Of a stretch of 64,000 nt of DNA, positions 12,758 through 26,968 are shown in pieces. The notes beneath the pieces were generated by a model, which was not told the origin of the DNA, did not search any database, and saw only the letters and a list, made by a program, of their open reading frames with translations. This DNA comes from Camelus ferus (Eukaryota): the NCBI RefSeq assembly GCF_009834535.1, contig NC_045697.1, forward strand, positions 102,736,001-102,800,000, in the 5' to 3' direction. The first letter of the stretch is position 1. Each line of letters opens with the position of its first letter. The translations under genes and the position numbers were made by a program.

Positions 12758-15700
12758 ACCTTTATCAACTCAAATATATACATATATAGCCAATAGTTCT
12801 GTAGAGCTGAAACTCAAAGCATAATAGTGTACACTTTTACAGCCTATGAAAATATGACCGGTTTTCAAGGCTTTGCTCCTTTCAGCTGTCATTTAGTGAG
12901 CTGCTACCATGTGCCAGGCACTTAACCTACATTTGTTTTAATCATTCCAACACTGCAGCCCTAATTTATAGCTAAGGAACCTGCAGTTCAGAGAGAGGTT
13001 ATATAACTGGCCGAGGGTCACCTAGCTGTTGAAGGATGAAGCCAGGACTTGAAAGTAAGTTCCCTGCCAAATCTCTGAACCTCACAGAAGCAATAAACTT
13101 TAGTCTAAGTATGTCTCTCTGGAATAAAAATAAGAAAACAATATATTCTGAGATGAGTACAAGTGAAATAAATATTTGCAATTCAAGTATAATCCTATAC
13201 GTGCTTTAAAGAGACGTGGAACTCTTAGAGGAGATTGCGAAGAAAAGAAGAAAGTAACTCAACTGTGTGCAAGTCCCACAGTACTCATTGTTTCCTGTTA
13301 GTCACGCTGCCAAGAAGTAAAGCATGGCAGTGGGAACAAGTGAAGTTCTTGCTACAGGTCCAGCGAAGGTGAAAACCCAATACACACCTCTAGTTATACA
13401 GAAAATTGAAATGCAAGCATGTCTAGAATTCTCAGTAACAGGTTTTTCAAAACAGCTGAAGTAGTCCCCCACACACTTTGCTTGCAAGATCTGTGATTTC
13501 CATTGGTCCTGTAATTCATATATATAACAGATTCTGTTTATAAAAGTACAAAAAGTACAAAGAACAATAACCTTATAATTTACTTTCTAAAGTGTTTATG
13601 CAAATCTAGAACAGTTGTCTAGAATCGTTAAGGTGGATTATACAAATGAATATCATGGGGTAAGAAGCAGTGAATTTTATTTTACCTGAATTTTAAAAGC
13701 GCTGAATTAATTCCATCACTTATTGCTTAGACATTATGAAGCTTGACTTCATGTTGATGTGAATTACTATCATTTTAAGAAAAATGTTAACTTGTTTCCT
13801 ACAACTGCAATCAGTGACGACACAGTGGAAAAAGCAAAGACATCTCTGTTCTATTCACAGGCACCAACAAACAGCCCAGTGGGGACATGGCAGCATGCCA
13901 GGTTGCCCTGTGAGCAATTAGGCTTCGTGGCAATCAGGAGACTCGGGCATCGTAAGCCCTTAGAAACTAGCATGTTAAGGATGTGGTGCTTTTACTCCCC
14001 TTTCTTGGAGGCATATGTGAACTATATCTTGTTTAGATGATAATCTCTTCCATCTACAGGACTGAAAGAAAGATTAAGACAACTAATAAGCAGCAAGTTG
14101 AGGAGAACATGTGAGAGATTAGCAAGTATCATTGTCCTAAGGACCTACCGACTAAATGTAATAACTGGTCTCAGACAGACAGCAATCTTATTCTAATAGT
14201 CAGAAGAAACCATAATAAAAAGGTTCATACAATTATTGTAAAATGTAAAAGCGCATTTTAATTGATAAAGAAACTCAGAGCAAAATCCAGAGGCAAACCA
14301 GCCTGAAATCTTCTCTTGATGAATAATAGTTGAAGTGAATAAAAACCCAGTTTTGGCAAAATGTGTATTTACTCCTTTACCAACTTCTACATGGAAAGTT
14401 TCTAAGGAAAAAAAACAAATGATGTTGAATGATTAAGATAAACCTTATGGGAGACTGTAGGCATCAACTTCTATTTCACCAAGTTTAAACCTAAAGTTCC
14501 CTATTAATCTGGTAAAGGCTTTCTCTTTTTGATATTTTATGAGTCTGAGTAAAAAGCTGAGGTTGCCAACACACTGGATTACATTTTGCAAGTTTGCTAT
14601 CTATGTGTAATAAGATATCCAGCTGCATAATAAGAATAAAAATGAATGAAGTGAGTAAGATTAAAAGTGAAAAAATTAATCAAAAGATTCAGAACTATTT
14701 CTCGTACCTTCCCTTATTAGAGTAATTATGTAGGATCAATTGAAAAATTTTACTAACTCAGTACTGTCAAGAAGCCACCATAGTTAAGGATCTGAATTTC
14801 AAATATCTTAACTTGTCCTGAAATACAGGACAAATTTATGATATTTTTATATTCATCTAGCCAAGATACAGTTTACTTTATAAATAAAATAGATTTTAAA
14901 GGGCAAAAGTCAATATTTAAATCAAGCCTTCATATATATTTAACAAAAGCTCATTATTTCTCACCTTTAATACTTCGTAATTTCATTTAAAGTTTTTCAT
15001 TATTTTCTAATACATAAACATACAAGTCTTTCCTCTCCTTCTTGATGTGCCAGTAACAATCGTGTAACATACATCTATGACAACTTATCCTATAAACAGA
15101 ATTCCTCAGAAATTTAAAATGTAAGGACCAACAAATGTTTCACTACACTCAGAAAACACAGAGTCTTTATTCCGAGAGGAACTTGCAGTAAAAAAATGAT
15201 GTGTGAACAGCAGACACTGATGTTCACACAAGCATACTGCAGACAACCCAGCAGGCGGTTTTCTGTTTTTTTTGGATTATGGTCTGGAGGTGCTGGCACA
15301 ATGGAATTTCAATACCATAATTGCTTATTTCTCTGTGTATCTTTAAAAAAAAAACAGGTAAAGAAGAAAATCAACTGCAAAAATAACAAAACAAATGTTT
15401 TTTAATTCTTCTTTTCAAAGGATGTAATTTATAACCATTACACAAATAGAGAAGAAGCACAAAAGGGGGGGGGGGGGAGGAGAAATAAAGTAATGTTCCA
15501 AAGGTTCAGTTTACAAGGACCTCACACTAAGTTTTTTTTTTTCTCTGCAACTCTTACTAGAAACAGTATTATTTGCTAAAAATCCACTAGCTGCCAAGAG
15601 CCATGGTCCATCTAAAGCAAAATGCTTAAGATGGAAATAGAGTGTTAAGACAGAAAAAAGGGCAAGATTCAGTATACAAATTTCTGTGAAACAGGGACTA

Positions 15701-18700
15701 TTTTAAAAAAGGGTAAGATGAAGTTTTGATTCTGATATTTTCTGTCTGAAAAATAATTGCAATAATAGATAAAATACTAAAATATACAGGACTGTATTAA
15801 AACAATTAGATGTAATCAAATTCCAAACTTTCTAATTAAACCTTTTTTTTGAAAGTTATTGGGAATTCAACACTAGTCTTGGTTCACATGATAGAACAAT
15901 GGGAAAATTTTCCGAATGGTTGAACACTAACCCTGACAAGTGTGGAGAGCCAACTACAATACATTATATGGTAGCATAACCTGCCACCCACGTTGCTGAG
16001 AGAACAGCTTTCAAACACATGCACTGAGCTGTAAAACCACAAAATCCCTTATTACACATTGTCTTTCTTACTCTAGGTGAAATATACCATCAATTCTTTC
16101 CATTTTAAATCTTTTTTTTAATTACTATTTTTGAAGCCCATTTAACAATTTGACTGTCTTTTTCTTACAATGTAAAAGATGTCTTTTTAAAAAAGAAACT
16201 GAAGCAGGAATGTTATGACCCTCCTACAGTATTACAAGGAAGGCTGATACGTGCTGCACAATTTCTCAGCGCTGATTTTGGAGATCCATGTTACCCAAAA
16301 TGAGTTTTAAGCTAAGGTTCCTTTTTTTTTTCCCCTTTCTTTAAAGACCAAGGCCTGATATTGGTTCACTGAGTTTCCTAAAGCATTTGAAAACACGTGC
16401 ATTCTTTAAGAAAGATTGATATACTGCTTTGAGGATTCTTTAATAAAATACAAGGTCTTCATCATTACCCCCCCGCCTGCCTCCCAAAAAAAGAGAGAGA
16501 AAAAAACTAAATTGTTAAAATTTGTCATGGAGTGACTGTTCTCCCTCATTCTGTGTTTTCCCAACATTCCTCCCTTCCCCTACTCCGGCACAAATCCAAA
16601 CCTATATCAAACAACAAACAAACAAAATCAGAAAGCTATTTTAGAATCAAGAATATTATGGTGCCCTAGATAATACTTGTCTTATAGTGGTAAAACATGC
16701 AAATAAAGCAAAACTGTAGGATAACAAACATGTTTCATCCTTATTACAGTACTGTGCTCTGTCAAAGATGTGCTCTTAGTGTTCAGAAAAGAACTCACTG
16801 CCAATGACTATCAAAACTACACAAAAGGCCTTGAGATACAGAACAGGAAGGGTGAAAAAAAAAAAAAACCAACTTGAAGGCACTATTTTTAGAGATTCAC
16901 AGAAACTACTTTTTGGAGACTCAAGATGGTTAAAATCATTTCTAAAACTGTGTTCCTAACATTTCGCCTGATTAATTTTCCTCCAAAATTCTCCCTCCTA
17001 TCCTTTCCATTTCCCTCCCCCCAACTCCCACCCACCAAGACCCACCTTCAGACCCACAGTCTGCTAACTGAATCACAGCATTCCAGGACAGTTACAGGAC
17101 ATAACAGTTTTTTCTGGGGTTTTCATTTGCAATGTTGTTGGCAAAGAGAATTTTATTTGTAAGTGTTTCTGTTATACTGACAAGGTCAATCAATCCTGTG
17201 AACTATTGGTCTTTCTGCCTGATAGCTTGGTGGATTATGCAGGTGGGACCATTCATAATCTATAACTGAATGCAGCCAATTAACCTCAGAAACATGAAAA
17301 TACTGGTTATCTAATGGGATTTTAAGTTCATCTTAATAACATGCTACAGTAACGTCATTTTCCCCAAACTGGTGGTATATTATCTGATAGAAACTCTACA
17401 TTTTTTCCAAATTGAATTTATTTGTAAGTTATGACATACAAATTACATAGAGTAACTTCTATTTTAGGGAGGTTCATTATAAAAATGTTGAAGCTTTTCA
17501 AAAACAATAATCAGCTATTATACCTAAATTTGCTTAATATGGTTTATACAACTAAATAAAGAATACGAGAACCCTTTAATAAAGCAATATTCAGTACTCT
17601 TATCAAGGTATCTCCCAAGGTGCAGAAAGCACTACCACTCCCCAAGAAGCTACTGTGGAAATTTATTTGTATTTTATTTCAAATATTCAAAAAATTTTTA
17701 AGCTGTCAAATATTATTTATTTTTAAAAACCACAGAAGAGAACTTGCATTGAGTGCTTGCTATATGACAGGCAATATGAAAAAGTACTTTGCAAACATCA
17801 TCTTACGTGTCTCAGGAATCCAGTGAAAAACCATCATTATCCCTATTCTATGCATGACGAGCCTACTAAGTGGCAAAACTGAGATATCAGATCAGATCTG
17901 CCTCATTTGCCGAACTGTGACCTTTCAACATCACTTGGTCTAAAAAATATGAGATAGTCCCCCAACATCTCACAGTATCATCTTATAATAACTGGACCAC
18001 AGAATACTGCCAAGCTTCAGAACCATCCTACAAAAGCATAATGCCCACTTATTATTAGCAATAACTAGAAAAAGATGAATGAATGAATAAGAGTGTTCTG
18101 CTATCCATATAATTATATCAACACTGAAGTTTTATTAACAGTAAGACAACACTCCAGTTTTTTTATCTCACCTCCAACCCAAATGTACTCTCACATCTAT
18201 GAACATACACGTAATATTCCACACACAGGCCTGTACCCACACATTACCTGCTCACGCACACAAACTCACCCAGACTCTCACATGCATACTCCCAGTTCCG
18301 AAGCCAAAAGTATTGTTGATTATGCCAGGCCACAAAGAGGTGAAAAGCTGTCTTAATCCCACAGGTATCAAGGTATCAATTTCTTTGCAAAGAGGGATTT
18401 TTAAAATAACTTGAAAACCTTTTTCATATTTAAACTCTCTGATCTGGTGAGCCAACACAACAGATGTTCTAGCAAAAATTGTACTGTGATTACCTCTGTT
18501 TTTGCTTTACAAGTTTCAAACAGAAGCAATTTGTTCAATCGTTAGGCTGAACTGCCCTAAAAGCAAAAGCCTATCTACCAACAGGAGCACACCCTGTGCA
18601 TTTCCAAAACGCAAATACTACTCTCAATGTCTCTCCTACGGGAGCCTTCAGATTGTCAGAGTGACTCTCAGGGCTTCATTCACTGCTTGGTGGAAATGTT

Positions 18701-19549
18701 TATAAAAATATTTGTGCAAATCAGGATAGACAGAGCTTTTTTGAAAATACTGGTTTGGCTAAAAGTCATGGCAGTTAAGATGTGCATGAATACCTTTTTT
18801 TTAAAAAATGACCATTTATACCCCCTACTCTATAAACGTATTACTATAACTATTATATTAATTTAAAATATTACATCCTCCAGAGAAAGTATGAAAACTA
18901 AAAAGTAGAATTCAGAGCCATCAATATTAAGTCAGCTTTGTTTATTTTTGCAAATAAATCAAAATAAGTCTCAAGCACAAAACTTTTCAAGAACAGAGTA
19001 CAAAATCGAAGGAAGTATCCACATTAGTGAGCTCTTATCTTAGTAAAGAAAAATCCAAGATTTTAACACAGTGGATCAATGTGTGATCCAGCAGATTTTA
19101 TGCTACTAATTGGATCTCATTAGAAAGATTAAAATTGCTAAACTATTCCCTTTCCAAAGCCACAAAGTAATGCTACTGATGCTGTAGTTTCCAAGGATTA
19201 AATCTATATATTTAATCCAATACCAATGGAAATTTAAGATTAAAAAAAAAAAAACCTAGAAAACCTGCACAGGACACATGCTCTATCCAACTCTGGACAA
19301 CTGATATTGAAATGCAAAATATCAACATTAAATTTAGAAAAGAAAACCCTTCTTGCTGAGATCTGGCAGTAAGGAATTGAATCCAAGACAACCTATCTAC
19401 TCTCTGTTACTAGAACACACCATAGTAAAGACATATTTATCTAGCACTTTCCAACCTTGTGCAGTCTGGTATGAGTAAGAATAAAGAAAGCAGTCCTTAC
19501 AAAACTAAAGGAGAAAAGAAGGATGGAAGGACATAAACTTATACTGACT

Positions 19550-19770
19550 GAAAAACTTACTATGTATTTGATATATTGCAGATGCTTTTACACAGCTTAT
19601 CTCATTTAATCTTCACAAACACCCAAACAAGAGAAGTATTGTGATTCTCATATTTTTAAGTAAATAAACAGAGGCTCCAAAAGGTCAGAGAAATTGCCCT
19701 ATATTACAAAATAAAGAAGTAATAGTACCAAGATTCCAACTCTGATCTAACAGACTCCAAACCTACGATT
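19550..19770 (-). mobile_element. MIR SINE (others at about 17740-17920, 35720-35970 and 58840-59050)
   Basis: atctcatttaatcttcacaa...aaacagaggctc..aaggtcag MIR pattern. Confidence 0.7.
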
Positions 19771-21138
19771 AAAGCAGCATGTGGCAAAGACAATCAAGAA
19801 ACATGTTTCTTCCTCTGGCTTAAGTCTCATCCTTCTGTCCCACTTTAAGTACAATATTTAAAACCCAGACTGCAGATTATGAAACAGACTGGGTTTTTGC
19901 CCCTGTAAGCCAAGGTTAGAGAACTCTGCGTTCAATGGCAAGTCCACTATGACTCTGGGGGAATAACAGCAAGTTTCAAATGACTACAACTTCAGGTTAA
20001 ATGGAGTTCAGTGAGTCATGATAATTCCATGCCACTGATAATCCTGATTTTAGTCAACAGAAAATTTTCCAATTTGAATTCCATATCTGCCTTTGAAGGC
20101 TCTCTCTCAACACAAGGCAGCTCTTCATACAAAGTATTTTAAAGCCAGGGACACCTCTCAATGCCTTTCACTGTTCTTCCTCAGAGAAATGATAATATTT
20201 TTTGAATTAAAGCTAATGTTTAACAACCAGATTTTACAAACTAGCTGAGAATAGTTTTGACTTGATTTCGATCTTTTTCTTTTCTTAAATGTGGCGCAGC
20301 TACCGAAATACTAAGGTCGAAGGTGAAGGCAGCCAGAGGTTTCTTCTCATTCATCAGGCTGTTCTTATTCCCTAAAGTGCCTTCCTTATCGTACTCAACC
20401 TGAGCTTATCAACTTTGGGCCAGGAATAAGAGACAAGTTATGAGTCTCCCAGATCCTCCCAAAGTAAATTACATTCCCTTTAGTCATTATCTTCTCTAAG
20501 ATCACATGCTTATACCAGAAAGTGGGGCTGCGAGGATAGAATCAGTTTAAGAACTAATCTGCCTTGAACTCTTTTCTTTAGTAAAGCTAAAACAGATGCC
20601 CTTCCACTATCTTTAAAATAAATACAAGGACCATTGCAGGGAAAAAAAATGGAACAAATATTAACTGAGCACCTATGTGCCAGGTACGTAGACATGAGGG
20701 TGATTAAGACAGATACTATTCCTGCGCTAGGGGACACTATCAAAGATTTGTGTCAGCTGATAAGAAATATGTCATAAAATTATTAAATAAGTGGCGAATA
20801 AAGGGTAAAGTTAGTGCACAGAAATATACAGAGAATTGTTATTAAGTAGGTCATAAATTTGGCTCCACAGTTCCTGGCAGTCAAAGTAAAGTGGATATTA
20901 TTATTGGTTCTGACACAGTATAGAGGCTCTTCTACTTAGAAGCAGATCAGATTCCAAAGGTGTATCATTAAGTCCATTTAATCACATGTGCAAATTTTTA
21001 ACTACAGAAGCAACTGCTAATATCACCTACTAGTAACTAACAGAGCTGACATACTTCTTCCCCCACCCACTGCCCCCTCACAACAGGTAGGTTTTCATAC
21101 CCAGCAAAGTCCTGAAGTTGAAACCTCTTGAGCAGAGG

Positions 21139-21141
<3 letters not shown>

Positions 21142-21178
<37 letters not shown>
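21142..21178. repeat. (TG)n microsatellite
   Basis: About 18 units. Confidence 0.97.
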
Positions 21179-21179
<1 letters not shown>

Positions 21180-22195
21180 ATACGCATAATAAAAACTAAA
21201 ATGCTTTTTCCTGAATTCAGACCTGAAGGAAATTTTCACTCTGGATCAGTATAAAAAAGGCCATTTTGTGAAATGGTAGACTACATCCTCAAAAATACTC
21301 CTAACAGAATTACAACAACAAATTTCATAATTTCTTCTGTGTCTCAAAGTAGGCCTATGGATTAATACTAAAGAGAAATTCTATAAAAGCAATTATATAA
21401 AATAATTCAGCCAAAGTATAACATTTATAATTGCTAAAGAACCTGCATGTCTTCAAACAATTCCTAATTTAAGAAAATAGGAAATTCAACTCTTGGAAGG
21501 TTAGTTTAAAGATCTAAAAATAAGCTTTTAGGACTACTGGCATCATAGTCATATCTCACACAAGTTTTGTGTGTAACACCTCTTTACTATAATTCCTAAA
21601 ACATCGGAAAATAAAGCTTTCAGGTTAAGTTTTGAGAGTTTAGCAGTTATATCTAAAATGAGTATAATACTTAGTGGACAATAGAAATGGATGCAATCTT
21701 TTTTTAAAGAGCTATTCATTTTTCTCATGAATCTCAAAGAAAGTGTAATTAGAGGAATAAGTTAAGGCCACAGTTATTATTGTACATTGTTACTGTAAAA
21801 AGAGACACTATGTAAACAACATATACTGATTGGACAGATTCACTTCAATTAAATGAAATGAGAAAAAGCAAAAACAGGATCTCAAAGGGTGATATATTCC
21901 ACCTGAAAAACTTAATTTACTCTAAGGACACTATTTACCATTAAATAATCACAGAGTACCTTTTCCTCAACTTCAGAGGAGTTTCCTTTATTTGAATACT
22001 TATGTTAACTCATACAAAACTGAAATTCAGTGTGTTAAAGAATATAAAATTATTTTAAGTGGGATTTTCTAAAAAGTTAGAGTAAAAACATTATTTAGTC
22101 CAAGCATTTTACAGAGTTATAGAATTTACATATTTTCAAAGTTGCTTTCTAAATACAGATAAAGTGGATACAGTAATATAATAAATATACTAAAA

Positions 22196-22252
22196 CTGAC
22201 ACAACATTGCAAGCTGACTATACTTCAATAAAAAAATATATATATATACAAA
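22196..22252 (+). mobile_element. Very short L1 3'-end insertion with 13-bp TSD
   Basis: ctgacacaacattgcaagctgactatacttcAATAAA plus A/TA tail, flanked by AAATATACTAAAA at 22183-22195 and 22253-22265. Confidence 0.8.
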
Positions 22253-22554
22253 AAATATACTAAAATAGCATTTTAGTGGTTACTGGCTATGAAAGTCCCT
22301 GTTATAATTTTTTTATTGACTCCTGTTATAAAATTGGAGATGTTTTCCTACAGAGAAAATATCAAGGTATTTATTATTATGGAATCTCATTTGCTTAGCA
22401 GCAAGTACATTATGTCAGGAAAGAAACAGGAAAAACAGAAGTTGTCAATGTGCTATAATTATTACTTTATATGAGCTCAATGTGCCAGTTAAACCCTAAG
22501 AAAACTGCTTACCCTGAGTGGTGGGGAGAGAGATAGACAATATGGCACATGTTT

Positions 22555-23815
22555 TCTTTTTTTAAAAAAAGACGATTTTTAAAGCAGTTTTAGATTCACA
22601 GCAAGATGAAGATGAAGGTAAAGAGATTTCCCATATCCCCTATCCCCACATACGCATGACCTCCTCCATTGTCATCCCCCGACCACCCAGAGTGGGACAT
22701 TTGTTACCAAGGGTGAACCTACACTGATACATCATAATTACCTGAAATCTGAAGTATACATTAGGGTTCACCCTTGATGTTGTACATTTTATGGATTTGG
22801 ACAAATGTATAATGACATGTACCCATAGTGATAGTATCATATGGGATATTTTCACTGCCCTAAAAATCCTCTCTGCTCCATTTATTCATCCTTCCCACCA
22901 CCCCCAATTCCTGGCAATCCCTAATCTTCTGTCTCCATGGTTTTGCCTTTCCAGAATGTCACATAGTTAAAATTATGTATGTACAAAAAGTATGTAGCCT
23001 TCTCAGATTAGCTTCTTTCACTTAGGAATATGTGTTTAAGGTTCCTCCATGTCTTTTCATGGCTTGAGAATTCATGTCTCTTTAACATTGAATAATATTC
23101 TACTGTCTGGATGTACCACAGTTTATCTATTCATTCACCTATTGAGGGAAGTCTTGGTTGCTTCCAAATTTTGGCTATTGTGAATAAAACTGCAGTAAGC
23201 CTCCGTAAGCAGAATTTTATGTGGATATAAGCTATCAACTCTTTTTTTTTAATCATTTTTTTAATGAAGGTACTGGGGATTGAACCCAGGACCTCATGCA
23301 TGCTAAGCACGTGCTCTACCACCACCCATCCCCACCCCTAGTTTTCAATTATTCTGAGTAAATAGTGAAGCACATGATTGCTGGATCATATGGTAAGAGT
23401 ATTTTTAATTTTCTAAGAAACTACCAAACTGTCTTCCAAAGTGACTTTACCATCTTGCATTCCCACCAGCAATGAATGAGAGTTCCCGTTGCTCCACATC
23501 CTAGCCAGCAGTGGGTACTGTAAGTGCTCTGGATTTGGCCATTCTAATAAAGTGTGTAATGGCATCTCATTTAAATCTGTGCTTCCCTGATGACATGTGA
23601 TGTGGAGCATCTTTTCATATGTTTATGTGTATTCTGTATCTTCTTTGGTGAGATGTCTATTAAGGTCTTTGGCCCATTTTTAAAATCAGGTTGTTTGTTT
23701 TCTTATTAAGTTTTGAAGATTCTTTGTATATTTTGGATAAAAGTCCTTTATGAGATGTGTCTTTTGCAAATATTTTCTCCCAGTCTGTGGCTTGTCTTCT
23801 CATTCTCTTGATATT
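22555..23815 (-). mobile_element. L1M (L1MB/MC-like) 3' region containing a SINE
   Basis: Reverse L1 3' text (tggatgtaccacagtttat, cattcccaccagcaatgaatgagagttc, ttttctcccagtctgtggcttgtct). Confidence 0.85.
23242..23338 (-). mobile_element. tRNA-Ala-derived SINE (camelid vic-1-like)
   Basis: Reverse strand reads TGGTAGAGCACGTGCTTAGCATGCATGAGGTCCTGGGTTCAATCCCCAGTACC plus A-tail. B box intact, A box damaged. Confidence 0.85.
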
Positions 23816-26015
23816 ATATATTTCAATCTGGGGTGTCTGTCACTATGTGATAATTTGTTCATTTGGTGGTAAAGAATGGGAATCTATGGATTATATAAGA
23901 CCCAGAACAAAAATTTATAACCTTCACTATCAAAAATAAGCAATAGTAAATTTACACAGCTGCATAGGAAATACCATATTAATTCAGAACAAGATAAAAG
24001 ACTTTAGACAATAAAAATCATTAGATAGCTAACATATTATCTAAATAATCTCCCTACTACTGTCTCAAAGTTATTGTATCACTCAGACTGATTCTAGATC
24101 TTTTTTTCCATTAGAAGTACCTTGAGGGTCTCCTCTGCTGAGTGTCTCTGTCCTACTTAATTAAGCACTAGAGATCAAGGCTAGCTATGGGCATTTAATT
24201 AGCTGATTATTCCTCAGCTAATTACAAAGTAGACAATTTGTTCTAAAAATGGTACTGAGATAGTCGGGCTACTGTTTCTGTCTTCTCCCATCAACTATAA
24301 TCACAAATACAAGAGGAAAGACCTCCTCTCTTCAAAACCTACAAACCCTTGTGTGATGATTTTTCTTAATGAAGGTTAAATGGTCACAGAAGAAGTTATC
24401 AATTGGCTTATATTCCCAGAGTTTCCACTCTAATATTCTCACCCTTTTACTCTGAAACTTGGAGATTATTTTCTTTTTTTCCTTAGAAATTTCATTCCTG
24501 AAATTACATTGTTTAAAGCTCTTTATAAAATCATTAAGCAAAAGCAATCAGCAGAAAGAAAAGCAAGTATTTATAAACGTTTATGCCGAAATCATTAGCA
24601 TTACGACTATCAATCAGTTTTCAACAGGATATATCAAGGAAGTAAGCAATTTTTAAATTCATTTCAAAAATCAATAGTTAACCCATCCCATCATTCACTA
24701 GCTCATTTCCTCGGCTACACACGTCAATTTTTCTGAAAAACTTGAAGAAAGGCTCTGGTAACTTGTAATCCAATGTGATTTTAAGGAAATAATGGAAGGA
24801 ATACGTATTGCATGTTGATTCCCAGCTAAAGCACTGACTTGCTGTGTGACACTGGCAGCTCACTTCACCTCTCAGTGTCCCATTTGTAAAATAATGGCAC
24901 TGTACTTGATCAGAAGTTGCTAACTGGTGACCCTTTGGCCACATCCAGCCTGTGGATATACCTTGTTTGCCCAGCACGTTTTAAAAATTGGGAAATTTCA
25001 TACTCAAATCGAGATTTCTAATTTCTCTTAAAAATTATACTATTGGCAACGCGGGGCCTACATTCTCTGTGGTGAGAAAGACAGCAACTGAACAGTGGCT
25101 GTCCCCTCTGGACATTGTCACTCTGTCATTCTCCCATTTAGAGTGAGCCACATAGCAAAAGGTCCATTTCACCTAAGTTTCAGCTTGACTTGAATATGGA
25201 GATGATAATAACATCTGATTACCACGTGAGATTTGCAACAAAATGAAATCGTGAGTGGAGACATGCATGTAGAAAGTGTCTGACAAATAGACGTAACAAT
25301 AAACACAAATAATGGTGAACATAATGATTCAAAAATGATTCTGTGATGGTTGATTCAATCTAAATCAAAACTGACATGCTGATTCTTCTCTTCCAAATGC
25401 AACGGTTGTCCCTTCAAAAAAGTCAACTATCTGCCTCTAATTTTTGGAGATTACTAAATCTTCATTTACCACATGTCAAATAAGAGGCTGAGAAAAAAAA
25501 TGAAAGTCCTGAAGTGGCTCACCTCAATTAGATATAGTTTTAAAGTGTGATAAAAATTTTTAGCAGTTATTTTTTGGGCAAGATTTGCTGCAGCTCTTTC
25601 TGCTGCTACTACTGTTCTAATCAGGGTCATTTTAGTTGCTAAGTATAAAAATTCAATCAAAAGTTTCTACAGGAAGAGGGGGTTTACTGCAAAGTTTACA
25701 TATCCATGGGAACCCAGGAGAAAATCAAGCACCAGCTATCAGAGAGCTCAGGAGATGAAGCTGGGGCCCAGCCACTTGTTCCAGCCCATTTTTCTTTCTC
25801 CTGGTTATGTGTCTCTGTCCCTGCATCCATTCTACTCATTAGACACCATCCTGCCTCCTTCCATACCTCATAGTTTATATTCTTCTAACTGTAAAGCTTC
25901 AGTTGGTACAAGGCCCTTCCCCATCCCCACCTTCCCCAAATCAGTCTCTTTCTGCATCAAGTCTTGCTGCTAACTTGCCTGTTTCTTGTGAGTCATACTT
26001 CCGAGAGATGCAAAG

Positions 26016-26580
26016 AATTAAAAATAGAACTCCCATGGGATTCCACAATCCCATTTCTGGGTTTATACCACAAAGAACTGAAAGCAGGGTCTCAAGGCCC
26101 ACCCATGTTCATAGAGGCATCATTCACAATAGTCAAGAGGTGGGAGCAACCCGAGTGTTCACTGTTGGATGGATAAATATTGCGTGGTCTATACATACAA
26201 CGGAATATGAGTTAGCCTCAAAAAAGGAAAGAAATCCTGTCACACGCTATAACCTGAATGAGCCTCAAAGACACTGTCCTAAGGGAAATAAGCCAGGCAT
26301 AAAAAGACAAATACTGTATGAATTCACTTAAACGAGAGATCTAAGGTAGCAAATTCAGAGACAGAAAGCAGGGGTTGGTAGAAGGGTGAGGAGGAAATGA
26401 AGAGGAGCTGCTTAACAGATACGGATTTTCAGTTCTGCAGGATGAGAAGTTCTGAAGTTCTGTTATACAACAATGTGAATATACTTAACACTACCAGATG
26501 TACACTTAAAAATGTTAAGACAACAAATTTTATGTTATTTTTTAAATCACGATTAAAAATTTTAAAATTTTTTTCTGAGA
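26016..26580 (+). mobile_element. L1 3' end (L1MB-like)
   Basis: ORF2 end (KIELPWDSTIPFLGLY..) followed by L1 3'UTR. Confidence 0.85.
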
Positions 26581-26941
26581 GAAGGAATCAGATTTGTTCA
26601 GATAATCTTACTGAAGCAAACTACACAAGAACGGGTCAATGGTAAGCCTACAGACTGACTGCTGGTATATTTATTTGACAACTTTTTATTAAATGCCTAC
26701 TGTTTCCAACAATGTACCAGGTTCTCAGCCAGGTGCCCTAGCTGTTCAACTGGCTGTACTCACTCAGCAGGCTTTCCTTATACATTAAAAAGGAATTGAT
26801 ACCTATATCTCATTTTCACATCTCTAAATAAAACACATATTTCTATTGTATTATATTCTGCCATGGGGTTAAATAAAGGTTTTCTAAATTTTTGTTTGTT
26901 TGTTTTCTTTGCCCTTGGTTGTTACTACTGTCATTCTGCCT

Positions 26942-26968
26942 ACACACACACACACACACACACACACA
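26942..26968. repeat. (CA)n microsatellite
   Basis: About 13 units. Confidence 0.95.

Noticed and set aside
20360..20435. Imperfect hairpin (tcttattcc ... ggaataaga), possible pre-miRNA
   Set aside because: Stems are short and broken with a large loop, below pre-miRNA quality.
23268..23338. tRNA-Ala gene
   Set aside because: The 5' end and A box are disrupted, it carries an A-tail and it sits inside an L1, so it is a SINE.
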